Positions 12,418 through 24,313 of a stretch of DNA of 47,941 nt are shown here, piece by piece (the first letter of the stretch is position 1; the number at the start of each line of letters is the position of its first letter). The notes under the pieces were generated by a model. It did no database searches and was not told the origin of the DNA. It saw only the letters and a list, made by a program, of their open reading frames with translations. A program made the position numbers and the translations under genes. The stretch is from positions 1 to 47,941 of the forward strand of contig MU626409.1 in assembly GCA_025603075.1 (NCBI GenBank). The letters are read 5' to 3'. The stretch comes from Neoconidiobolus thromboides FSU 785. Lineage: Eukaryota; Fungi; Entomophthoromycota.

Positions 12418-12713
12418 CAACACCTTAATGCTCAATTTGATCCACTTTAAAGATTAAGTGGGTATATGCTCTACCATATGAACTTCATTCAGTATGAATA
12501 CTAAATGGATATAGACACTCATCACATGAACTATATAAAAAAACACAACTCATTTGAATCAAAAAGCGGAAGAGTCTAAACAAAGAATCCTGATTACAAC
12601 ACCATAATGCTCATGTTAGTACACTTTAAATATTTAAGTGGGTAATATAAAGGGTGAAATTCAAAATAAAAGTCAATATTTGATAAAACAACGGAAGAGT
12701 CCAAACTAAGAAT
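12418..12713. repeat. Two interleaved imperfect direct repeats (A1 12418-12464, B1 12567-12588, A2 12597-12644, B2 12692-12713)
   Basis: A = CAACACC.TAATGCTCA.....CACTTTAAA.AT(T)TAAGTGGGTA; B = CGGAAGAGTC.AAAC.AAGAAT. Confidence 0.75.
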
Positions 12714-12951
12714 TGATAAAACTTAAATCAAGTTATCTATTTTCATTTGACTCCTAAAAGAGAGAGGGGACAAGTTTTTTTTAATCATTTGATCCTTAAA
12801 TATTTTATAATTCATTAAAAAATACTAAAAATTGAAGGCTCTAAAACCCTCCCTCATTAAAAAAACTTATTATTATTATTATATTATTATTATTTTATTA
12901 ATAGAAAAGGAAATGAAATTTTTATGGCGCTCCACGCCTCATTGTTTTCGA

Positions 12952-13761
12952 TTAAAAATGCCTATTCCTTTCCTCCCTTCTATGTAGTGTAATCTGTGAG
13001 ATAGGTGGCAAAATAGGTACATTATTATCCAATGACAAACCCCTTTTCAATTTAGGCTCAATCAAGCCTAACTCTCTCAATGAGGGTAAATTAGGTGGGG
13101 CAGACAAGCAATACTGCTCCTTTGTTTGATATCTATAACCATCATTTGCACTATATCCATTTTCATAACCTCTAGGTAAAGTAGCCGAAGCAGGAAATTT
13201 CAAAGTTGGTGGGGAATGTATTGTTAAATTTTGATGCATCAATTTACTTAAATTGGAAGTTGGTGTTAAAGGAGATAAACTATAATTACCAGGAGCAGTT
13301 TGACATCCACGCATTGGTGGTCTATGTGGTGAGTTATGATTGGAATTGATGGCCGAGTTAGGATAAGGGTTTACTTTGATAGGGGCTGGTATAGTTTTAC
13401 GATTAGAACGATTTGAGAAAGCAGAGGGTTGTTTTAAATATCCTAAGCTAAAGGGGAGACTCTGGGGATTATTATTATTATTAGAGATTGGGTTATTAAT
13501 GATATTATTGGATTTTGCTAGTTTATTAGCTACATCTTGGTTCTTTTTACGGGCCAATTTGGCACGTCGGTTTTGAAACCAAACTTGGACTTCACGGTTT
13601 GTCATGTTAATTTTTGCAGCTACCTCTTCGCGTACTTCAAATGAAGGAGCATCATTAAGTTCAAATAAAGCCAACAAATGTGCCAATTGTCTACCGTCAA
13701 TACGTTTACGTTTCACTTTTTCTGAAGTGTTGTTGATGTTGTTAGTTAAATTAATATTCAT
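12952..13761 (-). CDS. Homeodomain transcription factor (Q50, fungal non-TALE type), 269 aa
   Basis: KVKRKRIDGRQLAHLLALFELNDAPSFEVREEVAAKINMTNREVQVWFQNRRAK is a canonical homeodomain with helix-3 WFQNRR, followed by a low-complexity P/S/N tail. Confidence 0.95.
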   Translation of the reverse strand: MNINLTNNINNTSEKVKRKRIDGRQLAHLLALFELNDAPSFEVREEVAAKINMTNREVQVWFQNRRAKLARKKNQDVANKLAKSNNIINNPISNNNNNPQSLPFSLGYLKQPSAFSNRSNRKTIPAPIKVNPYPNSAINSNHNSPHRPPMRGCQTAPGNYSLSPLTPTSNLSKLMHQNLTIHSPPTLKFPASATLPRGYENGYSANDGYRYQTKEQYCLSAPPNLPSLRELGLIEPKLKRGLSLDNNVPILPPISQITLHRREERNRHF

Positions 13762-16700
13762 TTTATAATAATATGATTATTTATTAATTCTATTTATAAA
13801 AATGAAATAAAGATCGTTATTGTTATTATTTTATATATTAACTATAAAAATTGATTGTGAAATTAAATTATTTTTTTTATTTGATGAACTTATGGGGGTA
13901 TTTATACTTTTTAAAATGAATTAAAACTTTAAAAACATATTAGCATTAGGGGCATTTAACCACCCACATTGAAATAATTTTCAAAATTAAGCTAATAATA
14001 AGTTAGTGGAATGAAACCATTTAAGCTATAAAGAATAATAAACTAATATTGATTTTTGTTGGCTAACAATATTATTTGGCTTTGTTTCTAAATTTATCCA
14101 CTCACTTCATTCTTCCTTTCCTTTTTCCAATTGCATAATTCACTTGAAATTCAACTTTTCTAATTCGCATGTTCTATTTATGGACTTTTCCGTCGATTTT
14201 AAAGCAATTTAAATTGTCCTTGATTTTTATTTTTTTCCTTTGGGTGCTTGTTTTTTGATACTTTTACCAATCATTTCTCCAGTCCTTAAACATTCTTATT
14301 TTTATAATTATTTTATTAAAGTATAGATAACATGATTTCATATATGGTTGGGTTCTTTTAAGTTCTAAGGAGTTAATGACATGCTGAGTATCGAATTAGT
14401 ATTAAAACATATTAATTTTATTGTATTTTTTAATAATATTATATTATTATGATAATTATAATATTAGTTGATAAATTTAAATTTAAATTTCCAATCAAAA
14501 ACTTTATTTCAATTTATGAGCATTTTATTACTAAAAGACTAAAGTTATATTCCTACATTGAGTTAACTCAACCAATAACATACCCTTAAAATACAATATT
14601 ATATAAAACAACTACAACTTTGAGCAAGATGAAATCAAGATAATATTAAATCACTAATATCACAATAATGAATGACCGTTTCAATTTACTTTAAATTTTT
14701 TACCAGATTTGATTGTTCATTTATTAAATTTATTAAAATTCACTAAAAAAGTTTACTAAATATGGCCCCCCTCCTCCGACTGCATTATCAAAGCATAAAC
14801 TTTTCCTTTTTACAAAATGATTTTCATTTAAATTTAATAATAAACGTTAATTAAGTGGAGATAAAAACTTCGATTGAATTTTAAACTTGATTTTAATAGT
14901 TATCATTGGTCATTATTAATTAATAATAGACAGTCAAGACTTTTATTTGTGTCTAAAAAGAAGCAGTATTATTGTGCTTGTGATAATTGTATTATAGTAA
15001 GGAGGATTATACTGTTACAATCTCCCTCGATTAAGCTACTATTTTACATCAGCTCTTGTTTATTCGTAATTAAAGCATTAAGGCGGAAAATAGGCTGGGT
15101 TCATTAATCACTGTTGATGTAAACGTAAGAATCAATAGCATATTAAACTAATATTAAACTAATATTAAACTAATACTAAACTCATATTAGTTTAAATTCC
15201 TTTAAGTTGTCACACTGCCTTCTTTTTTTGGTAGCAATTTCCGCAATGTGTCAATACTATTATAGCCACTTATTACTGGAGCATTAGAAGGTTGTCCCAA
15301 AATTGATTTTATTCAACTAACGTTAATAGTGAGCGGATTGCTTTGTTTTACTTTTATTTATTTACCAACAAAATATTAAAATAGTTAACTATATTAATAT
15401 TAATTAGTATTATTAATAGTAACATTTCGAATAAATAAGTAGAAAATAAAATAAAAAAGGTAGCTACTATATATGACTAATAAATTTTTACATGATAGCG
15501 TTCATTAAAGGCATAATAAAGATAGAAAGCAATCGACGAAGAAATGAAGCATAAACTGAAATTAAGTTTAAATGTCCATGAATTCTATTATCAAAACCAA
15601 GCCTGCTTTTTTATTAGTAAGCTATAGTAAATAGCTGAAAATTTATTCTATTTCAATTCAAATGTAATATTTTTAATAATATTTTTAGTAATATTTTTGC
15701 AGTTAATAACATAGAATCAATTTTTTGAGCCTTGATATATTATTTTAGTTAGATTTTATCTCAGCTTTTGCTTCTAAATACATAGTTAATAGTATTATAT
15801 TTGATTTGAAGCAACTGAAAAAGGCTTTTTTTTGACTTAATTAAGATTGATTTTCATGCCTTTATAATCATGTCTTTACAGCATTAAATTAAAAAATATT
15901 AAGTAATTTCTAAAGTAATGTAAGATTCTTGACAATTTCTTCTGGTAAAAGTAAAAGATTGCAACATTAAAATATTTTTATGTGCAACTAGCTTTTACCT
16001 TTATATGTATAAAGAAGTTCTATTGCAACTAATAATACCTTTTTTCACTCAAGAATTTTAAACTACTGTATAAACTGCTTTATATTATCTATAAAATTTT
16101 AAACATGACGGGAGTATTTCTTCTTAAACCGAAATAAAAGAGCCTTTTTTCAACAGCGTACAATTCTTCTCAAATATCTTTATTTTTTAAATAGATTGCA
16201 CAATCATATTTCATTTATTAAGCTACAACTTACCATGTAGTAAAACTACACTACGATGGATGTTTCTTTATGTTAATAAGAATTTTATAATTTAACATAA
16301 ATTTAAGCCGTTTAAAACAAAGGTATCATATTAAGTTCGAAAATAATTAATATGCCTTGATATTTATGATAAAAAAATAAAAAATCTCACAATTGCATAT
16401 ACTGTAATTATTTAATTCAAGTTTAAAAGATAAGTTATTATCGTTTAATAATATGAGATTATCTTTAAATGACATATTAAGTAATTTATAACTCTTTAAA
16501 GGTTATTTTAAGTAAATTACATCTCCACATTTCTCAATTTCCATTGCCACAAATTAATCTAAACATTTAATATAAATCTATCTTTGTCTAACAGTATACA
16601 AATTTAGTATCAATTTGGTAGTTTTGAAGCAAATCAAGAAATGAGTTTCTAATTTTTTGATATGGATTGGTATTCCATGTAACTAATAAACAAGAGTCAT

Positions 16701-18422
16701 AATTAGATACACTGTTCTTTTTATTTTTAATTCAAAAAGAACAGGGAATTACTTTTTTTATTTAACGTAATAGTTTTTGTGTTTTCAATCTGCATAACAC
16801 TTTTAATAAATATAATTGCAATAAAATCAACAGTGCTAATATAATTAATTCTTTATTTAGGGAAAAGCTTATAATACGATATCAATTTTAAAATTTTAAA
16901 TTTCGAAATGATGAAAGTTTAAAAATAGTCAATTTGCTTTGATATTTAATGTAAAAATGGCAAACAATGATTGTGCGCTTTCAAAGGCTACTTTATTTTT
17001 AATCAAAAAGAATAACGATCACTTCACGTTTTTTCAAGTCTCATCACTTATAGAACTACACTCTTAATTATTTCAATTGAACTTTACCATGAAGCTGACA
17101 AGACTATATTAGGTTGCGCTGTATTTAATAAAAAGACTAAAGGCTCAATGTCTATCCGATGATGTCAATAATCAACAAATTGCTATCAATTTATTGATTT
17201 GCTTTAGTATTCTACTATGATAAATAATCACCGTATAAGTTAAGATTATTTGAATTTCAATCCAAAATAAAATAAGCGACTGTTGATTAATAATATAAAA
17301 TAACTAAAAGTGGCATTATTTGAATATTCGCACAATTCTATATGTTCCCAAAGCTTTACTATGCGACTGATAATACTACAGTGGCTTATTTTTATACCAA
17401 TAAAAATAGTTACCAACCTCCGACGCCTATATAATAATGTTGAAAATAGTCAAAATAAGTAAGCCTTTTACCAGTATGCTTTAATATCCTCTATAACAAT
17501 TAATAATTATCTATTATTGAGGCTATTTAGCTTTCAATCCGAAACATCCTAGATAACTATCCTTTAAAAAATTAAAGTATTTCTAAGCGACACTTGTTTT
17601 AAAAAATAATTTAACTACATTTACTAAAAAATTATGCAACCAACAATGTTAGCATAAATGTTGTTTTTGGAAATTAAATTTTAAGTTTAGAAATTTAACA
17701 ATTTCAAACAAGTCTGATAATAAGTTTTAATTTTTTAGTATACCTTGACTTTCTAATTTAATAACATAAAGCAAAATAAAATAGCTATTTATAGACGCTT
17801 AAACCATTTTATTTTTATTCCGAAAGAGTATGTGACCACTTTTTAAAAAAAAAGCGCAATGTTCTTCAAGTATCATTTTAAACAAATGTTGCATAACTTT
17901 ATTTCAACCCTGCAAGCTTACCATCTAACCAGTAAGTTTATAATAAATTATTTTTTGTATTGATGTTATAAAATGAAATAAATTCCAAATTTATTAAAGC
18001 CTTCAAAACGACTCAACGATAACTCACATTTATAGATTTCATCTAGCTTTTTACTTTAATAAAATAAATCAATATATTAATTTATAGACAGTGAAGTTAT
18101 TTTACTTTTAGTCTGAAAAAGGTTTTAAATACTTTAAAAAAGTATAATTTTCTTTAAATTCAATTTTAAACAAATATTACAAAATCTTAGCTTGATCCTG
18201 TAAGCTTATCATACAACCGGTAAACTTGTAATAAATTATCTTTTATATTAATAATATAAAATATTAAGCTGTTATCAATTTAATAGCTTTAAAACAATAT
18301 ATCAATAATCTGATTTTATATATGCTTTGACATTTTACTTTAATCTAGTAAAAATAAAATACAATACAATTTAGAAACATTAAATCATTTCATTTTTAAT
18401 CTGAAAAAGTATGTAATTACTC

Positions 18423-18888
18423 CATGAAATATCGCTTTGTTAGCTCTACTATTGATTATAACATAGCAATCACTTAAGTCGTTGTGTTCCCAAGTTCAGG
18501 CACACCCAATCCCAAGCTTTTTATTTTAATTTACTATGAGAACTTCTAACTTCACATCGCAAAGAATATTATCTTCTCATTTTGATATCCATAGTTATTG
18601 GAGTATAGAGGAGGTTTTAGAACATAGTAACTCGAGGCTTTTTAATTGAGCTATTCCCTGGTATCTCGTACATTTAATAAAGCCATTAAATCTTTCTGAT
18701 AGTGTTTTATGTAAAGTTTGCAGTAGTATTCTCTATTTCATTTGTCTTACATAGTCCGTAGCCTATTATATGCTATTCCTCATAATTCAAATTTATCTTA
18801 GTCACATAAACTAAGACCTTTTGACTTATAACTAGTCAATCAAGCAAAAATTGCTTTTAACTCCAAATACTAAGTACCAGATTTCACA
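18423..18888 (-). mobile_element. Solo LTR, older diverged copy of the same family
   Basis: Collinear with 3864-4327 along its whole length (CATGAAATATCGCTTTG...AGTACCAGATTTCACA). One terminus is mutated and no clear TSD remains. Confidence 0.8.
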
Positions 18889-19046
18889 ATTTATTTTAAT
18901 TTGCTTTAAGTTATTATTAAACAATTTCAACTGTTACAAGTAGCTAAATATTGTTTTAATATACGAATTCCATTATTAAAAATAAAAAACCAGGTTTATT
19001 AATAGTTAATTTTTTAAAATAAAAATTTACTAAATTATAACTATAT

Positions 19047-19145
19047 GGGGATGTATTTTTTTGTTCAAGGATTTTACTAACAATCTTTCTACTCAAATAG
19101 TGCTTAAAAGGTGGAAAAAATAATGAAACCAAAAAAACCATCCCC
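19047..19145. mobile_element. Sola-family MITE (99 bp)
   Basis: GGGGATGT...CCATCCCC with ATAT TSD (19043-46 / 19146-49). Confidence 0.9.
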
Positions 19146-19281
19146 ATATATTAAACAAGATACTAATAATGTTATAAAAGGTATAAATAAAAGCAATTAT
19201 ATAATTAATAATATTAAAAATAAGACTAATTTTAATTTTAATAATTTTAATAATTTCAATAAATTAATTATAAGATATGGG

Positions 19282-19712
19282 TGTGAAATCTGGTACTCAG
19301 GGTTTGGAGTCAAGAACAGCTATTGCTGGGTTGACTACACTATAAGTCGAAAGGTCTTAGTTTATGTGACTAAGATAGACTTGGATTATGAGGAATAGCA
19401 NNNNNNNNNNNNNNNNNNNNNNNNNNNNNNNNNNNNNNNNNNNNNNNNNNNNNNNNNNNNNNNNNNNNNNNNNNNNNNNNNNNNNNNNNNNNNNNNNNNN
19501 TATTAAGAAAACTTAGTGGCTTTATTAAATGTTCGAGATATCAGGGATTAATTCAGTTAAAAAGCCTCGAACTACTATACTCTGTAAACTCTTTTATACT
19601 CTGAAAAGTATAAGTATCAAAATGGGAAGATAATATCCTTTTGGGTGGAACTAGAAATTCTCATAATAAATCAAAATATTTAACCATGGGACTGACAAAG
19701 CGATATTTCACA
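19282..19712 (+). mobile_element. LTR copy spanning an assembly gap, with 5-bp TSD ATGGG
   Basis: TGTGAAATCTGG at 19282 and ATATTTCACA ending at 19712. ATGGG at 19277-81 and 19713-17. About 60 bp deleted in the 3' part relative to the other copies. Confidence 0.85.
19401..19500. other. Assembly gap (100 N placeholder)
   Basis: Run of 100 n. The homologous segment in the other LTR copies is only about 70 bp. Confidence 1.
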
Positions 19713-19944
19713 ATGGGGATGTATTTTTGTGTTTAAGAATTTTACTAATAAATTTTCCATTCAAATAGTGCTTAAAAAATAGAAAAAGTAACGAAGTTGA
19801 AAAAAACACTACCATATTTTTATTAAATATTTTCAAATATAAAATATAAATGTCAATTAACAATTCACACTAAATTCAACTAAATTACTAATGCTACTAT
19901 TTTAGTAATATTTTAAAAAAAGTGTTATAGTTAAAAATATATAT

Positions 19945-20042
19945 AGGGATGTTTTTTTGGCTTTATTACTTTTTCTATCTTTTAAGCACTATTTGAGTGG
20001 GAAAATTGTTAATAAAATTCTCAAATACAAAAATACATCCCC
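19945..20042. mobile_element. Sola-family MITE (98 bp)
   Basis: AGGGATGT...ACATCCCC, ATAT TSD on both sides (19941-44 / 20043-46). Confidence 0.9.
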
Positions 20043-20108
20043 ATATAAAATTTAAGGAAAAGATAATAATAAAAAATCTCCTATATTTTATATTAAAGCA
20101 TAATATAT

Positions 20109-20206
20109 AGTGTTATATTTTTGTATTTGAGGATTTTACTAACAATATTTCCACTCAAATAGTGCTTGAAAAATGGAAAAATAATGAAATCAAAAAAAAC
20201 ATCCCC
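20109..20206. mobile_element. Sola-family MITE (98 bp), inverted relative to 19945-20042
   Basis: Decayed left TIR AGTGTTAT, intact right ACATCCCC. ATAT TSD (20105-08 / 20207-10). Confidence 0.85.
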
Positions 20207-20950
20207 ATATATATAATATGCTTTAGTTATAGTATTTTATTATGATCATTAAATATAAACTTCAAAATATAAAAATTATGAAAAGTAAGCTAATTATATA
20301 TAAATTTAATATATTTTTAATTTTATCAGCATAATTATTTGAATTAAATTAAATTAACTTAACTTAAATATTGAATAAATTAACTTAACTTAATTATTGA
20401 ATAAATTAACTGATATTTTATAATTTTTATATTTTAAAAGATTTAATATTTATTTTATACTATGTATACAGTCAAATTTATTATAATAAAATTAAATAAA
20501 GCTTTTAAATAATCAGTACTTAAAAAATAAAACTTATTTTAATTACAATATCTTATAAAATTCTATTATTACTGCCAAAAAAAGTGTTAATAACTAGCTA
20601 CTTTTAAATTATTTTTAAATTTAATTTCATCTATAAGTAGTAACTAGTGTTTAAGAAAAATTCAAATTAAATTAAATTTTACATAACTTTAAGTTAACCA
20701 AGTTTATTAATAACAAGTATTTAAAAATAAAAGTATGATTTCTTTAATAAAAATATAAAACATAGTATAAAATGGAATTAACAGATTAAAAGAAAATAGA
20801 AAGTTAATAGTATTTTAAGTTAATAATTATTGTTATAAATATTAAACTATCTTATTGAATGATTTAATGGAACTTGTATTGATAAATATTCATTTTTATG
20901 GTTAAATATTAATACCTCTATTTTTTCTATTAATTAAAGGAGAAGTATAT

Positions 20951-21049
20951 GGGGATGTTTTTCTTAGTTTAATTACTTTTTCTATCTTTTAAACATTATT
21001 TGAGTGGAAAGACTGTTAGTAAAATTCTTAAACATAAAAACACATCATC
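20951..21049. mobile_element. Sola-family MITE (99 bp)
   Basis: ATAT-GGGGATGT...ACATCATC. The body matches the other copies and the right TSD is degenerate. Confidence 0.85.
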
Positions 21050-21656
21050 ATGAACAAAAAAACATGAGAAAAACAATGTTAATTATAATAACTTTGAAAG
21101 ATCATTTCTGTCATCGGATAGTCCTTAATTTATTAAAATAAAAGGGATTAAATAAGTTAAACAAGGGATTAAGATTAAAAAAGGGATTCCAATGATTAAG
21201 TAATTGTCATTAGAAAATTGAAATCATCTTGAAAAATGTTTCAAACTTTGAGATTGAACATCTGTAAACAAAAACTTAACAAAAAGGTAAAAATAACTAG
21301 TATTTTGTTAAGTTTTTAGTAAGTTTTAGCTATTTTTTTAAAAATGACGTAAAAGGAATTATTGAAAGCAGTCACACAAATTTTTTTAACAACCAAACTT
21401 AAGAATCGAAATAACTAGTTTTTAGTTTGATTACCCCTTAAAAATAATAACATTGATTTACTTAATTTGGCCATTTTGTTTGACATTTTCATTTCAAATT
21501 TTGGTTCATTTTTACTTTGTAAAATCATCCGACTAAAATAAGAGCCTCTTTTTGATGATTTTAGTAGTTATCTTTGATCATTCTAAATACTCATGAACAA
21601 AATAAGTGGGGAAGTTATTGTTGTCCCATGTCATTGAACAAATTTAAAGGAGTTTC

Positions 21657-21657
<1 letters not shown>

Positions 21658-21696
<39 letters not shown>
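21658..21696. repeat. (ATT)13 microsatellite
   Basis: Perfect trinucleotide run about 520 bp upstream of the GH81 gene. Confidence 0.95.
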
Positions 21697-21698
<2 letters not shown>

Positions 21699-22219
21699 CT
21701 AATACTCCGTGAAATTTTATATCACTATAAATGAAAATAAAAATAAAGATAAATCGAAAATTGAGAAATACACATATGGAAGTTTCCCCCCCTTATCTCC
21801 ATGTTTTATTATTTCTTTATAAAAAAAATCAAAATAAATAGTATTACTACTTATTTAGATAAATACGGTAGTAGAATCTAATAATTTAAAGTATTAATAA
21901 AAAAAGTTTTAACTTATTATTATTATTATTTAACTAAATATAACTAATTAATTAATTTATTAAAAAAAGTAAAGAACTTAGTCTAATTGAAGTTAAAATA
22001 TCAAACTAAATGCATTTAAATGATTTAAATTATACATCACAAGATAGTAAATAATAAATAAGAATAAATAATATTTAGCGGATAAATTGAATAAGTTGTT
22101 GATCATAATATACTCATTCAAGGACAAACTAAAAAAAGTATAAATAGAAAGAATATTGTAATTCAACTTTAATAAAAAATAAAATAACAAATATAAATAA
22201 ATAAACAAAATAATAAAAC

Positions 22220-24313
22220 ATGATAAGTTGGACCAATTCTTGGTTAAATGCCTTTTTCACTTCCAATCCCACTACAAGGGAACATAAAGAACGTCCAAAA
22301 TCTACTTTTGAGGGTAAAGATTTAGCAGAAATTAATGAAATGATAACCAATGGAGTAGATTTATTTTTAGGACAACCTAAATTTGAAGTTAAACAGCATC
22401 CAATTAAAGCAAACAATATTAATATAAATAATAATATCAATATACCAAAACATACTAATCGATGGTGGCAAAATTTAATATTAAATCAAGGAACCGGATA
22501 TTTACCTTTATATCCTTATATTATTCAATGTAATGATACTGGATTAATTATTTGTTATCCTGCTAAAGTAACTAATAATGATTATGTTATATCACCATTT
22601 GTTGCTAATTGGCAATTAAGTTTAGATAATAATCAAACAATGACAAGAAAAATTAGTTCAATTGACGATTTATCAATAACATTAAATTGGGATAATCAAT
22701 TAACAGCTTATTTAATAAGATCATGTCCATATATTACATTAAATGTTAATAATAGTAAAGTTAAGTTCAAAACTATTCATGCTATATTATCAGTTAAAAT
22801 TGAAAATCAACGATGTTTAATTCAATTAAATAATGGACAATTATGGGCATTTTATACAAATAATAATAATATGGCTTATACAAATACATTAAATGAAATT
22901 CAAATGAATATTAATTATACAGGTATATTAAGAATTGTATTAATTCCAGAGCCATTTGATAATAATTTAAAAGTAATTGATCAATTTTATACTAGTTATC
23001 CAATAGGGGGTATAGTTAATTATGAATTTCCAACATCAAATCAAGCTTATTTACATTTTAATTTTAAAAAAGGTGGAAGTAATTTACCCTTATTGATGTT
23101 AGCATTACCTCATCATATAGATTGTATGATTAATCCAAGTAGTAATAATTTAATTGGGTATAATTGTTTAAAAGGCAATTTAACTGCAATTATATCTGAT
23201 CAATGGACATTATATGAAGAATTAAATAATCAAATTCAGTGGTTTTCTAATAATCCATTAAATAATAATTATATCAATTCAATAACAAATGCATTATTAC
23301 AGGATATTAATATTGAAATTGATTCAAATATAAAAGATCCTTATTTCTTTGGTAAGGGATTAGCTAAAATAGCAAGATTATGTTTAATTGCAGAATCTGT
23401 TAATAAAAAGGAATTGATTTCTAATTTATTAATTAAAATTAAAAAATATATTGAACCTTGGTTAAGTGGAAATAATGAGAATAAATTTATTTATGATAAT
23501 TATTGGGGTGGAATATTAACAATTAATGGATATGATGATTCGGGTGCTGATTTTGGTAATGGAAATTATAATGATCATCATTTTCATTACGGTTATTTTT
23601 TATATGCTTGTGCAATAATTGGTAAGTATGATCCAGGATGGGTAATTTGGTGGCGAGAGCCAATTCAAGTATTAATTCGAGATTTTGCATCTCCATCTAA
23701 AAATGATATATATTTTCCTCAATTTCGATATAAAGATTGGTTTGATGGTCATTCTTGGGCATCTGGATTATTTGAATTTGGTGATGGTAAAAATCAAGAG
23801 TCAACAAGTGAATCTGTTAATGCTTATTATTCCATGTATTTAATTGCTATTATATTACAAAATAATGATTTAATTAATATATCAAATTTATTATTAACAA
23901 GTGAAATAAGATCAAGTAAAAAATATTGGCATATGACAAATAATACTTCAGTTTATCCAGTTCCATTTAAAAATAATAAAACAGTTGGTGTATTATGGAA
24001 CACAAAGGTAGATTATGCTACTTGGTTTGGCAAAAACGTTGAATTTATACATTGTATTCAAATGTTACCATTTACTCCCATTTCCCATTTATTATTAGAT
24101 AAACAATGGGTACAAGAATGTTATCCTATATTATCTACTGCTTTAACTAGACAAGATCCTCCACTTTCTGAAGGTTGGAAAACATTTTTATTTATGGCTC
24201 AAGCTGTATTTGATAAAGAGAAAGCTGTTGTTAATTTTAATAATTCAAATAAGGGAATGGATGATGGGAATACTTTAAGTAATACTTTATATTGGTTTGC
24301 TACTCAACAATGA
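22220..24313 (+). CDS. GH81 endo-1,3-beta-glucanase (697 aa), intronless, no signal peptide
   Basis: TNRWWQN, DFGNGNYNDHHFHYGYF (catalytic Asp region), KDWFDGHSWASGL and NQESTSESVNAYY (catalytic ExxxE) are GH81 hallmark motifs. Confidence 0.95.
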   Translation: MISWTNSWLNAFFTSNPTTREHKERPKSTFEGKDLAEINEMITNGVDLFLGQPKFEVKQHPIKANNININNNINIPKHTNRWWQNLILNQGTGYLPLYPYIIQCNDTGLIICYPAKVTNNDYVISPFVANWQLSLDNNQTMTRKISSIDDLSITLNWDNQLTAYLIRSCPYITLNVNNSKVKFKTIHAILSVKIENQRCLIQLNNGQLWAFYTNNNNMAYTNTLNEIQMNINYTGILRIVLIPEPFDNNLKVIDQFYTSYPIGGIVNYEFPTSNQAYLHFNFKKGGSNLPLLMLALPHHIDCMINPSSNNLIGYNCLKGNLTAIISDQWTLYEELNNQIQWFSNNPLNNNYINSITNALLQDINIEIDSNIKDPYFFGKGLAKIARLCLIAESVNKKELISNLLIKIKKYIEPWLSGNNENKFIYDNYWGGILTINGYDDSGADFGNGNYNDHHFHYGYFLYACAIIGKYDPGWVIWWREPIQVLIRDFASPSKNDIYFPQFRYKDWFDGHSWASGLFEFGDGKNQESTSESVNAYYSMYLIAIILQNNDLINISNLLLTSEIRSSKKYWHMTNNTSVYPVPFKNNKTVGVLWNTKVDYATWFGKNVEFIHCIQMLPFTPISHLLLDKQWVQECYPILSTALTRQDPPLSEGWKTFLFMAQAVFDKEKAVVNFNNSNKGMDDGNTLSNTLYWFATQQ

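Larger units (their letters stand above)
19279..19813. mobile_element. Sola-family MITE split by an LTR insertion in its terminal GGGG
   Basis: ATAT (19275-78) + GGG | LTR | ATGGG-GATGTATTTTTG...ACACTACC + ATAT (19814-17). Confidence 0.85.

Noticed and set aside
18956-19398. ORFs 18956-19147 and 19111-19398 (also 29378-29590 and the first half of 26384-26575)
   Set aside because: Chance read-throughs of MITE and LTR sequence.
21993-22440. Minus-strand ORFs upstream of and overlapping GH81 (also 13376-13576, 41612-41845, 42336-42521, 44688-44927, 5712-5903, 14874-15107)
   Set aside because: Antisense, wrong-frame or low-complexity ORFs with no recognisable motif.
22220-24313. Horizontal transfer of GH81 (intronless, some motifs reminiscent of plant/oomycete GH81)
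   Set aside because: Most genes here are intronless, codon bias matches neighbours, and early-diverging fungi have GH81 enzymes. It would need a phylogeny.
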